Below are positions 1 through 10,114 of a stretch of DNA of 64,000 bases, in pieces; the first letter of the stretch is position 1, and the number at the start of each line of letters is the position of its first letter. The notes below the pieces were generated by a model. That model was not told the origin of the DNA. It saw only the letters and a list, made by a program, of their open reading frames with translations, and searched no databases. The position numbers and the translations under genes are program-made. Location of the stretch: NCBI GenBank assembly GCA_045105515.1, contig JBGCDR010000286.1, positions 1 to 64,000 on the forward strand, in the 5' to 3' direction. Origin of the DNA: Oligoflexales bacterium (GTDB lineage Bacteria; Bdellovibrionota_B; Oligoflexia; Oligoflexales; Bog-1112).

Positions 1-3
1 ATA

Positions 4-126
<123 letters not shown>

Positions 127-154
127 TTACCTCGTATCTATAGTATATGTTAAT

Positions 155-557
<403 letters not shown>

Positions 558-629
558 ATTTTATATATTCCTCTATAAAAAAAGATTGTTGCTCAGTCAT
601 GTTTTATCAAATTAGAATAAATTCCTAGA

Positions 630-700
630 AGCGGGCAGGGGGAATCGAACCCCCATCATCAGCTTGGAAGGCTAAGGTTTTACCACTAAACTATGCCCGC
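630..700 (-). tRNA. trnG: tRNA-Gly(UCC), plastid type, no encoded CCA
   Basis: Reverse complement GCGGGCATAGTTTAGTGGTAAAACCTTAGCC-TTCCAA-GCTGATGATGGGGGTTCGATTCCCCCTGCCCGCT forms a cloverleaf with anticodon TCC. Confidence 0.96.
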
Positions 701-745
701 ATAATTCCATTATAAGATTATACAGGTATAAAAAGCAATAAAATA

Positions 746-1291
746 TTATAAATTTTCTAATTTTAAATCAAGAAATTTTGCTAGACTCGCTGCTTGTTGT
801 TCTAATTTTGAAATTGAAGTTGGTTCTTGAACAGGGGTCAACGGTATTTTTCGTTCATCTTTTAAGCATAAATAAATACTACGCGTAGGGTTTAACCCTT
901 CAGTTATTTTTATCCCAATTGAACGAATATTCGTTAATGAGTATGTTAATAAAATCTCACGATTTTTTCCGGGAAACCCTTTTCGAACAATTTTGACAAG
1001 ATTTTCAATTTTGTTATATTCATTATACCCACTTCCAATATCTAAAATTACTGTAAGAAAAATATAAAAACTAATACCAAGACTTAGTGTTCCATAAAAT
1101 ATCATTACTAAACCTTGAGGAATAAACATTAATTCTGTCGGGTTTGTAAAGGGAAGAAAATTGATTTTAAAATAACTTGATAATCCTGCTAATAAAAACC
1201 CGACACCTCCAAAAAACAAAGAAATTACCCAGAAATAATTACTAAAACGTCGTGAACCAACAATTCGATCTTGACGAATTCCATTTTGCAT
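746..1291 (-). CDS. ycf4: Photosystem I assembly protein Ycf4
   Basis: IVGSRRFSNYFW, FIPQGLVMIFYG and RKGFPGKNR motifs. Confidence 0.97.
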   Translation of the reverse strand: MQNGIRQDRIVGSRRFSNYFWVISLFFGGVGFLLAGLSSYFKINFLPFTNPTELMFIPQGLVMIFYGTLSLGISFYIFLTVILDIGSGYNEYNKIENLVKIVRKGFPGKNREILLTYSLTNIRSIGIKITEGLNPTRSIYLCLKDERKIPLTPVQEPTSISKLEQQAASLAKFLDLKLENL

Positions 1292-1311
1292 ATAATATAG
1301 TTTTATAAATA

Positions 1312-1407
1312 TTAAATTAATTTAATTGATTTTAACCCTAAAAATAGTCCTGATGTAAGTGCAAAACAAAACCCTATTAATAAAAAATAATCAATAGCTA
1401 CTGTCAT
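1312..1407 (-). CDS. petL: Cytochrome b6f subunit VI
   Basis: Manual translation MTVAIDYFLLIGFCFALTSGLFLGLKSIKLI (31 aa); upstream of ycf4 as in red-lineage plastids. Confidence 0.92.
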   Translation of the reverse strand: MTVAIDYFLLIGFCFALTSGLFLGLKSIKLI

Positions 1408-1588
1408 AAAATTTTTCTTATGTTATTAAAATGAAGTTTATAAAAATTTTCCTATATATTAATATATATTATATAGTAATCTATATAAAATTTTTGGTTG
1501 GTAAAAATTTTCACGAATTTTAACTTTCCTTGTCTTTAACTTAAGTAAAAATTTTCTTATTAATTTAACTCATTTTTAAATTAACTTT

Positions 1589-2041
1589 ATGGCTAATTTT
1601 ATTAAACCTTATAATGATGATCCATTTGTGGGTCATTTAGCAACTCCAATTACATCATCAGCAGTTACAAAAGCAATTTTACAAAATTTACCCGCTTATC
1701 GATTTGGCTTAACTCCATTATTACGAGGATTAGAAATTGGTTTAGCGCATGGCTATTTTTTAATTGGTCCATTTGTAAAATTAGGTCCATTACGTGACTC
1801 TGAAATTGGACTACTAGCCGGTTTCCTTTCAACAATTGGGTTAATCATTATTTTAACATTGGGTTTAACAATTTACGGTATTGCAGCTTTTGGTGAAGGA
1901 AAATCCGAAGTTGTAGATAATGATTTACAAACAAAAAAATCTTGGGACCAATTTAAAGGTGGTTTTTTTGTTGGGGCATGCAGCAGTGCTAGTTTTGCTT
2001 TTATTTGTCTTTCAAGTATCCCCACCTTTACAACAATTTAG
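1589..2041 (+). CDS. psaL: Photosystem I subunit XI
   Basis: [20 protein letters not shown] and [12 protein letters not shown] motifs. Confidence 0.98.
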   Translation: MANFIKPYNDDPFVGHLATPITSSAVTKAILQNLPAYRFGLTPLLRGLEIGLAHGYFLIGPFVKLGPLRDSEIGLLAGFLSTIGLIIILTLGLTIYGIAAFGEGKSEVVDNDLQTKKSWDQFKGGFFVGACSSASFAFICLSSIPTFTTI

Positions 2042-2060
2042 TTGCTTATTAACATAGAAT

Positions 2061-2086
2061 TATCAAACTACTAATGTAGTTTGATA
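2061..2086. terminator. Stem-loop between psaL and cbbX
   Basis: TATCAAACTAC-TAAT-GTAGTTTGATA, perfect 11-bp inverted repeat. Confidence 0.6.
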
Positions 2087-2120
2087 TATAAAATTACAAA
2101 ATTATAATTATAGTATATAT

Positions 2121-2984
2121 ATGATACCAATAAATTTACAAGAAGAGTATGCTAAAACAGAAATTGCAAAAATTTTAAATTTATTAGATGAAGAATTGGT
2201 TGGTTTGGCACCTGTAAAAGCTCGGATTCGTGAAATTGCAGCTTTATTATTAATTGATAAATTACGTAAAAATTTAGGAATTTCTTCTGCAAATCCAGGT
2301 TTACACATGTCATTTACTGGAAGTCCAGGAACAGGAAAAACAACTGTTGGTTTAAAAATGGCCGATATTTTATATCAACTTGGTTATATTAAAAAAGGTC
2401 ATTTATTAACTGTTACTCGTGATGATTTAGTGGGCCAATATATTGGTCATACTGCCCCAAAAACAAAAGAAGTTCTTAAAAAAGCTATGGGCGGAGTATT
2501 ATTTATTGATGAAGCATATTATTTATATAAACCTGATAATGAGCGTGATTATGGCCAAGAAGCGATTGAAATTTTACTTCAAGTAATGGAAAATCAACGT
2601 GATGAACTTGTTGTAGTTTTAGCTGGTTATAAAGAACCTATGGATAAATTTTTTGAATCAAATCCAGGTTTATCCTCTAGAATTGCAAATCATATTGATT
2701 TTCCTGATTATACTGTTGATGAATTGTTAAAAATTTCTAAAATTATGTTAGATGAACAACAATATCAATTAACTCCGGATGCTGAGATTGCTTTAAGTCA
2801 ATATATTGAATTACGTAAAGAAAAACCATTATTTGCAAACGCTCGAAGTCTTAAAAATGCTTTAGATCGAGCCCGCATGCGTCAAGCCAATCGAATTTTT
2901 GATAGTCGTGGGCAAGTATTAACTAAAAAAGAATTAGTTAACCTCGAAGCTCAAGATATTTTACAAAGTACTGTTTTTAATTAA
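2121..2984 (+). CDS. cbbX: Red-type Rubisco activase CbbX (AAA+)
   Basis: [14 protein letters not shown]alker [11 protein letters not shown]alker [16 protein letters not shown]. Confidence 0.98.
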   Translation: MIPINLQEEYAKTEIAKILNLLDEELVGLAPVKARIREIAALLLIDKLRKNLGISSANPGLHMSFTGSPGTGKTTVGLKMADILYQLGYIKKGHLLTVTRDDLVGQYIGHTAPKTKEVLKKAMGGVLFIDEAYYLYKPDNERDYGQEAIEILLQVMENQRDELVVVLAGYKEPMDKFFESNPGLSSRIANHIDFPDYTVDELLKISKIMLDEQQYQLTPDAEIALSQYIELRKEKPLFANARSLKNALDRARMRQANRIFDSRGQVLTKKELVNLEAQDILQSTVFN

Positions 2985-2992
2985 ATAAAATT

Positions 2993-3952
2993 ATGAGTTT
3001 ACTTATTATTGGTGGAACGGGTACATTAGGTCGTCAAATTGTTTTACAAGCTTTAACTAAAGGTTATAAAGTACGCTGTCTAGTTCGTAATTTTAGAAAA
3101 GCAAGTTTTTTAAAAGAGTGGGGAGTTGAATTAGTTTATGGTGATTTAACACGTCCAGAAACACTACCACCTTGTCTACTTGGTATTACAGCAATTATTG
3201 ATGCTTCAACAAGCCGACCTGATGAATTCGATTCATTAAAAAATGTTGATTGGTATGGGAAATTTTACCTTATTGAAGCTGCAAAAGTAGCTAACATTAA
3301 ACATTTTATTTTTTTTTCTGCACAAAATATCGAACAATTTGAAAATATTCCATTAATGCGCTTAAAATATAGAATAGAACAAAAATTGCAACAATCAGAA
3401 ATTCCATATACTATTTTTAGATTAACTGGATTTTATCAAGGATTAATTGATCAATATGCAATACCTATATTGGAAAATTTACCGATTTGGGTTACTAATG
3501 AAAATACTTCTATTTCGTATATGGATACTCAAGATATTGCAAAATTTTGTTTACGCACTCTTCAAATTCCTAAAACAATGAATCAAACGTTTTTCTTAAG
3601 TGGTTTAAAAGGTTGGGTTTCATCAGAAATTGTTGGTCTATGTGAACAATTAGCCGGTCAAACGGCAAAAGTTCAAAAAGTTCCATTAATTTTATTGAAA
3701 TTGATTAGTAATTTTTTTGGTTTTTTTGAATGGGGTCAGAATATAAGTGATCGTTTAGCTTTTGTTGAAATTTTAAATACTGAAAATAATTTTTCAAAGT
3801 CCACTTTTTACTTGTACAAAACATTTAAAATTGAATCAGAAGAATTAATTCAATTAGATGATTACTTTTTAGAATATTTTGTTCGTTTATTAAAGCGTCT
3901 TCGCGATATTAATTTTGAAGATGTGCAAAAGCAAAAAAACTTAATTATTTAA
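2993..3952 (+). CDS. ycf39: Ycf39, NAD(P)-binding atypical SDR
   Basis: IIGGTGTLGRQIV Rossmann motif; plastid synteny cbbX-ycf39-ycf41-psbI. Confidence 0.93.
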   Translation: MSLLIIGGTGTLGRQIVLQALTKGYKVRCLVRNFRKASFLKEWGVELVYGDLTRPETLPPCLLGITAIIDASTSRPDEFDSLKNVDWYGKFYLIEAAKVANIKHFIFFSAQNIEQFENIPLMRLKYRIEQKLQQSEIPYTIFRLTGFYQGLIDQYAIPILENLPIWVTNENTSISYMDTQDIAKFCLRTLQIPKTMNQTFFLSGLKGWVSSEIVGLCEQLAGQTAKVQKVPLILLKLISNFFGFFEWGQNISDRLAFVEILNTENNFSKSTFYLYKTFKIESEELIQLDDYFLEYFVRLLKRLRDINFEDVQKQKNLII

Positions 3953-3980
3953 ATACCACATAAATTTCATTAATATAATT

Positions 3981-4295
3981 ATGGGTGATACAAACTATTT
4001 TTCAGGAACAGTTAAAATTTTAGACAATCCAGTTCAGAAGTTGGTTAAAAAAAAATTTTTGATGACGAGAGTTTGGGTTGAAATTGCTCAACTTCGTCAA
4101 AATAGCCTTATTCTGCTAGTCTTTTGGGGAAAGTTAGGAGATGAAATAAAACATATTTATCAACTAAATGATTATATTTTAGTAGAAGGATATACGTCAA
4201 TAAAAAAAACAAATTCAAAATTAAATGAAATGATTATAACCGGTTTAAAAATTTATCCATTATTTTTAACCTTAGATCAAACATCAAGAAAATAA
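3981..4295 (+). CDS. ycf41: Ycf41 (SSB-like OB fold)
   Basis: LVFWGKLG...NDYILVEGY pattern; position between ycf39 and psbI. Confidence 0.8.
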   Translation: MGDTNYFSGTVKILDNPVQKLVKKKFLMTRVWVEIAQLRQNSLILLVFWGKLGDEIKHIYQLNDYILVEGYTSIKKTNSKLNEMIITGLKIYPLFLTLDQTSRK

Positions 4296-4388
4296 TTATG
4301 TTAGTAAATTTTATTTAATTAAATAATTTATATTCTTATTATTTTAGTATAATTAATATTATTAAAAGTAATTTTTAAGAAAAATTAA

Positions 4389-4505
4389 ATGTTAACTTTA
4401 AAAATTTTTGTTTACACAGCAGTTATCTTTTTCGTTTCTTTATTTATTTTTGGACTTCTTTCTGGTGATCCATCAAGAAATCCAAATCGTAAAGATTTTG
4501 AATAA
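4389..4505 (+). CDS. psbI: Photosystem II protein I
   Basis: Manual translation [38 protein letters not shown]. Confidence 0.97.
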   Translation: MLTLKIFVYTAVIFFVSLFIFGLLSGDPSRNPNRKDFE

Positions 4506-4511
4506 GCGAAA

Positions 4512-4566
4512 ATTATCTAAATTTTAAATAACTTTTTTAAATAAAAGTTTTTAAAATTTAGATAAT
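4512..4566. terminator. Long AT-rich stem-loop after psbI
   Basis: ATTATCTAAATTTTAAA...TTTAAAATTTAGATAAT inverted arms right after the stop codon. Confidence 0.65.
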
Positions 4567-4699
4567 ATCAACTTCTCTTTATTAGTTAAGTTTCTAAAAT
4601 TAAAATTTTTTTTAATGAAAATATACTATCATATATACTAGTAGATTTAATATTTAAAAATTTTTTACCAAATTTTCAATTTCAAATTTCAATTCAAAA

Positions 4700-5257
4700 A
4701 TGAAACATTTTAATTTAATTGCGATTATTTGTAGTTTATTAATAATTTTTAACCCAGATCAAGCTCAGGCTGAAATAGGAGGTTTAACTAACTGTGGTGA
4801 CTCCCCAGCATTTGCAAAGAGACAAAAAACGAGTGTTAAAAAATTAGAACAACGAATGGCAACATATCAAGCAGATTCTCCTCCCGCTTTAGCATTACAA
4901 CAACAAATTGACAGAACAAACGCTAGATTTGAAAAATATAGTCGTTCGAATTTATTATGTGGTACAGATGGTTTACCACATTTAATCGCCGATGGCCGAT
5001 GGAACCATGCTGCTGAATTTATTCTTCCAGGTTTTGGATTTATTTATATTTCTGGTTGGATTGGATATGTTGGTCGTAAATATTTACGTGCAGTAAGTAC
5101 AATAAAAAATCCCGCTGAGAGCGAGATTATTATTAATGTACCTTTAGCTCTAAAAATTATGGTTACTGGTTATATTTGGCCTATTTCAGCTTGGCAAGAA
5201 TTAATTAGTGGGGAACTAATAGCACAGAAAAATCAAATAACAATTTCTCCACGTTAG
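4700..5257 (+). CDS. psaF: Photosystem I subunit III
   Basis: LLCGTDGLPHLIADGRWNHAAEF and YISGWIGYVGRKYL motifs; N-terminal lumenal signal. Confidence 0.98.
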   Translation: MKHFNLIAIICSLLIIFNPDQAQAEIGGLTNCGDSPAFAKRQKTSVKKLEQRMATYQADSPPALALQQQIDRTNARFEKYSRSNLLCGTDGLPHLIADGRWNHAAEFILPGFGFIYISGWIGYVGRKYLRAVSTIKNPAESEIIINVPLALKIMVTGYIWPISAWQELISGELIAQKNQITISPR

Positions 5258-5308
5258 CGAATTATTATACTAAAACTAAACTATTTATTTTAAAGTTACC
5301 CTTTTTTT

Positions 5309-5434
5309 ATGGAAGATTTTCAAAAATATTTATCAACAGCTCCAGTTCTTTTAACAATTTGGATGACCTTTACAGCTGGTTTCATTATCGAACTTAATCG
5401 TTTTTTCCCCGATATGTTGGGTTTATATTTTTAA
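5309..5434 (+). CDS. psaJ: Photosystem I subunit IX
   Basis: Manual translation [41 protein letters not shown]. Confidence 0.97.
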   Translation: MEDFQKYLSTAPVLLTIWMTFTAGFIIELNRFFPDMLGLYF

Positions 5435-5483
5435 TTGTTAATCCTTTTATTATTTAATAAAAGGATTAACAATTAAAAATATA
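5424..5483. terminator. 29-bp perfect inverted repeat closing the psaF-psaJ transcript
   Basis: TATATTTTTAATTGTTAATCCTTTTATTA-TT-TAATAAAAGGATTAACAATTAAAAATATA. Confidence 0.8.
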
Positions 5484-5530
5484 AAACTTAATATTGAGAA
5501 ATTTTTTGTACCATTTGATGATTTGTCTAG

Positions 5531-5854
5531 TTCAAAAAAACAAAAAGCAAAACTGCTAAAGAGACAAAAGACTTAATTACGTTTTTAAACTTTTTAATCT
5601 ATATTAAAAATATAGATTATGAAATGCAATTCTTAAGTGAAATTGAGTATCGATATGTTACTTTTAACCTTGGTGAATTTTTAAAGTTTCAAAACCTTTA
5701 CTCAACCGTAAATTATTATCAAAAAAAGCAATTAATCCAGTTTGTAGAGAACCTACACATAATGTTTATTCAAAAATCCTTTAATAATTTGAGGTTTCAA
5801 ACTATAGTTTCCATTCCCCAGCTTACAATTCAGAAATTCAATAGAAAAATTTGA
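5531..5854 (+). pseudogene. Truncated remnant of a diatom plastid/plasmid-type ORF
   Basis: Frame open from 5531 without a 5' start: ...KDLITFLNFLIYIKNIDYEMQFLSEIEYRYVTFNLGEFLKFQ...KSFNNLRFQTIVSIPQL. From memory it resembles the C-terminal part of the large plasmid-derived ORFs in pennate diatom plastomes. Confidence 0.5.
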
Positions 5855-5926
5855 ATTTATATAAAGACGTAGCCGTCTATCCTTAGATAATTTTGAAATG
5901 TGTTCATCTAATCTGTTATATGCAAC

Positions 5927-5959
5927 TTACATATTTTCAAAATTATGTAAAATATGTAA
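5927..5959. terminator. Stem-loop downstream of the immunity gene
   Basis: TTACATATTTT...AAAATATGTAA, 11-bp arms between convergent ORFs. Confidence 0.45.
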
Positions 5960-5976
5960 ATTAATTTGAAGATTTA

Positions 5977-6357
5977 CTAATAATAAGTTTTCAATTTTGA
6001 TAATGTTTCTTCTGCAAAGTATCTTAATTCTTGTTCATCTATTTCATAATTCTCTCTCAATAATGTGTCTGCCTCAAATACATCTAGATCGGTAAATAAT
6101 TTATTAATTATAATTGAAAGACCTTGGAATTGTTTTAGTTTTAAATTATCTATGATATAAAGTATATCTTCCCATTTAGCTTCTTTTTGGCAATTTAAGT
6201 CTCTTACCTCATAAAGTCTTGTTTCAAATTCCGTACTACTTATTTGTTTGTTTAAAAATTTTTCCAATAACTTAGTATAATCACTTAGATTTTGCCAATG
6301 GTGATAATCTGATAATAATGTATTACACTTCAGTCCTAATTCATTTATTTCTTTCAT
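5977..6357 (-). CDS. Colicin D immunity (ImmD)-like protein
   Basis: KFLNKQISSTEFETRL...KLFTDLDVFEADTLLRENYEIDEQELRYFAEETLSKLK parallels ImmD LFLASKITAIEFSERI...[37 protein letters not shown]; start overlaps the toxin stop (TAATG). Confidence 0.8.
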   Translation of the reverse strand: MKEINELGLKCNTLLSDYHHWQNLSDYTKLLEKFLNKQISSTEFETRLYEVRDLNCQKEAKWEDILYIIDNLKLKQFQGLSIIINKLFTDLDVFEADTLLRENYEIDEQELRYFAEETLSKLKTYY

Positions 6358-6653
6358 TATAAGCTACCTCCTCGGATCATATTATCTAGTTGTTCACCTT
6401 CTAGCAACCAACCAGATATAAACTTATTAGTTTTTAGATTAATCATTACATTTAATTTTGTATCTGGATTAAAATAATGATATACTTTGTTTCCTCGGTA
6501 CGTACTTAAACGAGCATGAGTGGATCTAATGTGCTCTATCAACTTTCTCTGAAATAGATCCTTTTTTGCGGGATTATAATTACCGAAAATCCTAAAATTC
6601 TTAGCATGCTTGAATTTCTTTTGAAGTTGCTTTTCTTTGAATATACAATTCAC
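6357..6653 (-). CDS. Colicin D-like tRNase toxin domain (frame stays open upstream to 6752)
   Basis: FKEKQLQKKFKHA, EH, TYR, YFNPDT, KFISGW and terminal GSL match the colicin D RNase domain (FSRKQLDKKYKHA...EH...TYR...YFNPNT...EFLSGW...GEL). Confidence 0.85.
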   Translation of the reverse strand: MNCIFKEKQLQKKFKHAKNFRIFGNYNPAKKDLFQRKLIEHIRSTHARLSTYRGNKVYHYFNPDTKLNVMINLKTNKFISGWLLEGEQLDNMIRGGSL

Positions 6654-6715
6654 GCCCGAATCATAATATGAACCACCCTTACCATGAACATTAGTAGTTT
6701 CTGATGAAGTTCGGA

Positions 6716-6871
6716 CTATAGAAGGGTCATGATTTGGACATTGAGGCGGGATTTAGGCAATACAGGTAACATAAACTCTTCTGCAAATAAGCCTACATTC
6801 ACTCGTGAAGATCTAACACACAAAGCTAATACAAAACCTAATAAAAATTTTCTTTTACGCTTTTTAGACAT
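6716..6871 (-). pseudogene. Probable 5' part of the toxin gene (basic + hydrophobic leader), separated by a 1-nt frameshift
   Basis: Manual translation MSKKRKRKFLLGFVLALCVRSSRVNVGLFAEEFMLPVLPK...; adding one A to the AAA run at 6754-6752 fuses it to the toxin frame. Confidence 0.6.
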
Positions 6872-7041
6872 TTTTTTAATAAATTAAATTAAACAAGAAA
6901 ATATATTATAATACACTTCGGGAAATTGTACGAATTTAAAACTTCATTTAATATTATAGAAAAGAAGATTTAACATTTAAATGGTTAGTTATATAGTGTC
7001 AAAAAAGTATTGTAAAAAAGGTCAATAATAATATTATATAA

Positions 7042-7071
7042 ATTTTTATCACTAAAATTAGTGATAAAAAT
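7042..7071. terminator. Stem-loop downstream of plastid atpA
   Basis: ATTTTTATCACTAA-AA-TTAGTGATAAAAAT, 14-bp perfect arms. Confidence 0.75.
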
Positions 7072-7093
7072 AAATGACGATTATTTATAATTT

Positions 7094-8605
7094 TTACTTA
7101 ACAAAGATGTTTTTCGATTCGGCAATAGCATCTTTTAAAGCAGTTTCCGCTTCGTCTGTAAATTGGTTTGTTGAAGTAACAAGGTTAATATATGAATTAT
7201 TTGATGTTTCTAAATATGATAATAAACTTTTACAATATTTTTTAACATCAGCCACTTCTAAATCATCTAAGAAACCATTAATTCCTGTATAGATTAATGC
7301 AACCTGTTGTGCTACTGATAAAGGTGAGCTTTGTGGTTGTTTTAATAATTCACGTAATCGTGTTCCACGAGCCAACTGTTTTTGTGTCGCCTCATCTAAA
7401 TCAGAAGCAAATTGAGAAAAAGCTTCTAGCTCAGCAAATTGGGCCAATTCTAATTTTAATTTACCTGCAACTTTTTTCATTGCTTTTGTTTGAGCTGCAG
7501 ATCCCACACGTGATACCGAAATACCAACATTAATAGCCGGACGAATTCCTGAATTAAACAAATCATTTGATAAAAAAATTTGTCCATCAGTAATTGAAAT
7601 AACGTTTGTAGGAATATAAGCTGATACATCACTAGCTTGTGTTTCAATAACCGGTAAAGCAGTCATACTACCACCTCCTAATGCATCACTTAATTTTGCT
7701 GCACGTTCTAATAATCGTGAATGTAAATAAAATACATCACCTGGATATGCTTCTCGTCCTGGAGGACGGCGTAATAATAACGACATTTGACGATAGGCCA
7801 TAGCTTGTTTTGTCAGATCATCATAAATCACTAACGTAGCTTTACCTTTATACATGAAATATTCGGCAAAAGCAGCACCTGCGTAAGGAGCAATGTATTG
7901 TAAAGTTGCTGGATCATTTGCACTTGCTGCTACAATGATTGTATATGACATTGCACCTTTCTCTTCTAAAACATTTACAACTTGTGCAATCGTTGATGCT
8001 TTTTGCCCTACTCCAACATACACACAAACGACATCTTCTGTCTTTTGATTAATAATCGTATCAACAGCAATCGATGTTTTACCCGTTTGACGATCACCAA
8101 TAATTAATTCTCGTTGCCCACGACCAATTGGAATCATAGCATCAATTGATGTAATACCTGTTTGTAAAGGTTCACAAACTGATTTACGGCTAATAATTCC
8201 AGGTGCCATTGCTTCTAAAAGTTGATTATCGCTAGCTTCAACGTCACCTTTACCATCAATTGGAGTACCTAAGGCGTTTACAACTCGTCCTAAAAATGCT
8301 TCACCAGTAGGAATTTGAGCAATTCGTCCTGTTGATTTTACTGTACTACCTTCTAAGATCTGGCGTCCATTACCCATTAATACAACACCAACATTATCAT
8401 TTTCTAAATTTAAAGCAATTCCGATTGTTTTATCTTCAAATTCTAAAAGTTCTCCACTCATGACCTGGTCAAGACCATAAACTCGAGCAATACCATCACC
8501 GACACTCAACACAGAGCCAATCTCTTCCATCTGCGCAGAGTCACCGAAGTTGTGGATTTTTTCACGGATGACCCGTGAGACTTCTTCTACACGAACCTGT
8601 ACCAT
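7094..8605 (-). CDS. atpA: ATP synthase F1 alpha subunit; chimeric (bacterial N-terminal ~50 codons, diatom plastid remainder)
   Basis: GDRQTGKT and [20 protein letters not shown]; codon style changes near 8440-8460. Confidence 0.97.
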   Translation of the reverse strand: MVQVRVEEVSRVIREKIHNFGDSAQMEEIGSVLSVGDGIARVYGLDQVMSGELLEFEDKTIGIALNLENDNVGVVLMGNGRQILEGSTVKSTGRIAQIPTGEAFLGRVVNALGTPIDGKGDVEASDNQLLEAMAPGIISRKSVCEPLQTGITSIDAMIPIGRGQRELIIGDRQTGKTSIAVDTIINQKTEDVVCVYVGVGQKASTIAQVVNVLEEKGAMSYTIIVAASANDPATLQYIAPYAGAAFAEYFMYKGKATLVIYDDLTKQAMAYRQMSLLLRRPPGREAYPGDVFYLHSRLLERAAKLSDALGGGSMTALPVIETQASDVSAYIPTNVISITDGQIFLSNDLFNSGIRPAINVGISVSRVGSAAQTKAMKKVAGKLKLELAQFAELEAFSQFASDLDEATQKQLARGTRLRELLKQPQSSPLSVAQQVALIYTGINGFLDDLEVADVKKYCKSLLSYLETSNNSYINLVTSTNQFTDEAETALKDAIAESKNIFVK

Positions 8606-8606
8606 C

Positions 8607-9161
8607 TCACACCCTTACTTCTGTTGTTGAGCCGCACCCCATCAGGGTTTGGAGTTTCTTACGAAGAGTCATATCAACTAAACGCATTCCAAGACGTATT
8701 TGAAATCCTGCTAATAACTCAGGATCTACTTCATTTTTTAAAATTGCTGTGCAACCCAGTTTTTTACTCAATCGCATTGCAATTTCATTGACCTCAGCCT
8801 CTGACAACGCAACAGCCGTTTTTACAACACCATGTTGCTCATTTCTAAGGGATCTGACATGTTCTTGAAGCTCAGTCAAAACACCTGGCAACCAAGCTAC
8901 ACGACCAGCGTTTAACAAAGTTAAACACAAGCCTTTAAGCTCTGTTTCTGCTTTAACTTCGTCAAGAACACTAAAAAGAAGCTCTTTTTTCGTTTCTTTT
9001 TCTGCTGTCGGATTTTTCAGAATCATCTCGGCATCTCTCATAGAAAATACCAAACAGACACTTTCAAGCTGCTCACACCAGAGCTGAGCTTTTTCTTGAT
9101 CACCAGCAATTTCTAAAATCAAAGCGTTTGCATATCGCTTTGCTATAGAGTCAGCTTTCAT
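8607..9161 (-). CDS. atpH: ATP synthase delta subunit
   Basis: [10 protein letters not shown]-terminus, [16 protein letters not shown]-terminus; upstream of atpA. Confidence 0.92.
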   Translation of the reverse strand: MKADSIAKRYANALILEIAGDQEKAQLWCEQLESVCLVFSMRDAEMILKNPTAEKETKKELLFSVLDEVKAETELKGLCLTLLNAGRVAWLPGVLTELQEHVRSLRNEQHGVVKTAVALSEAEVNEIAMRLSKKLGCTAILKNEVDPELLAGFQIRLGMRLVDMTLRKKLQTLMGCGSTTEVRV

Positions 9162-9673
9162 GCTCCAGCCCCCTGCTCAAGCTGTGGTTTTTGATCTAGT
9201 ACGTTCAACCCATGATGAATAAATTTCGAATGATCATCAGCTTGAAAGTTTTCTCGAATCTTTTTTTCAAACGCCTTTGTCAGGGCTTCTTCTATTTTTC
9301 GATGAAGTTGCTGTTGTGCACTTCTCAATTCTTGTTCGCCAAGCCTTTGGGATTCATCCAAAAGCTGTTTTGAAACCTTTTGAGCATCAGCTATTGTTTT
9401 TTCAACAAGTTTCTTGGCTTCCTGCTCTGCTTTTTTTGCAATATGGTCTGTTTCTTGCTGAAGCCCTCTTAAGCGCTCGTCAAGGTCCATAGCTCTTTTT
9501 TTAGCATCTGCTTGAGCTTTCTCAGCAGCGTTTGCCAATACATCAAAATCTTGTTTTTTTTGATTCGCAAGATCAGCCAAAGGCTTACGGCCAAACTTGC
9601 ATAATATTGCAATAAAGATGAAAAAATTAACATACGGCCAAATAAAGCTCGTGAAAAGATCTGAATGCGGCAT
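9158..9673 (-). CDS. atpF: ATP synthase F0 subunit b
   Basis: WPYVNFFIFIAIL...KPL membrane anchor plus coiled coil; operon position. Confidence 0.85.
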   Translation of the reverse strand: MPHSDLFTSFIWPYVNFFIFIAILCKFGRKPLADLANQKKQDFDVLANAAEKAQADAKKRAMDLDERLRGLQQETDHIAKKAEQEAKKLVEKTIADAQKVSKQLLDESQRLGEQELRSAQQQLHRKIEEALTKAFEKKIRENFQADDHSKFIHHGLNVLDQKPQLEQGAGA

Positions 9674-9682
9674 AGTACTCTC

Positions 9683-10114
9683 CTACCCTATTAACGTGGG
9701 GTACATATCATCGACCAACTGAGACACTGTAGAGTCAATTTTCTGTTTTTCTTGCTCATAAGACTCTCGGATCTCTTTATGCACCGCGGCAAGCTTTTTA
9801 GCGCTCTCTGCATTGGCTTCCTCAACAATTTTTTGATGAGAATGAACAGCTTCTTGTTTTGCTAATTGATACTGTTTGTGCGCTTGTGAGTGAGCCTCAG
9901 CAAGTGCTTTTTCAATTTCAGATTCTTTATGCTCTGACTCTTCTTGGCTAGAGTTAGCAGACAACTTAGCATCTGTTGTCAGTGCATCTCTTTTACTTTT
10001 CACTTCCAAAAAAGGATCTAAGAAAAGTTTTTTGACGACAAATGCATTGGCTACAAAAATCCCTGCCTGAACAGCGACGATGCATGAATCGGGTATCAAG
10101 TTTAGTTCTGACAC
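9683..10114 (-). CDS. ATP synthase F0 subunit b'
   Basis: N-terminal anchor, KKLFLDPFLEVKSKRD, then coiled coil; precedes atpF. Confidence 0.8.
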   Translation of the reverse strand: MSELNLIPDSCIVAVQAGIFVANAFVVKKLFLDPFLEVKSKRDALTTDAKLSANSSQEESEHKESEIEKALAEAHSQAHKQYQLAKQEAVHSHQKIVEEANAESAKKLAAVHKEIRESYEQEKQKIDSTVSQLVDDMYPTLIG

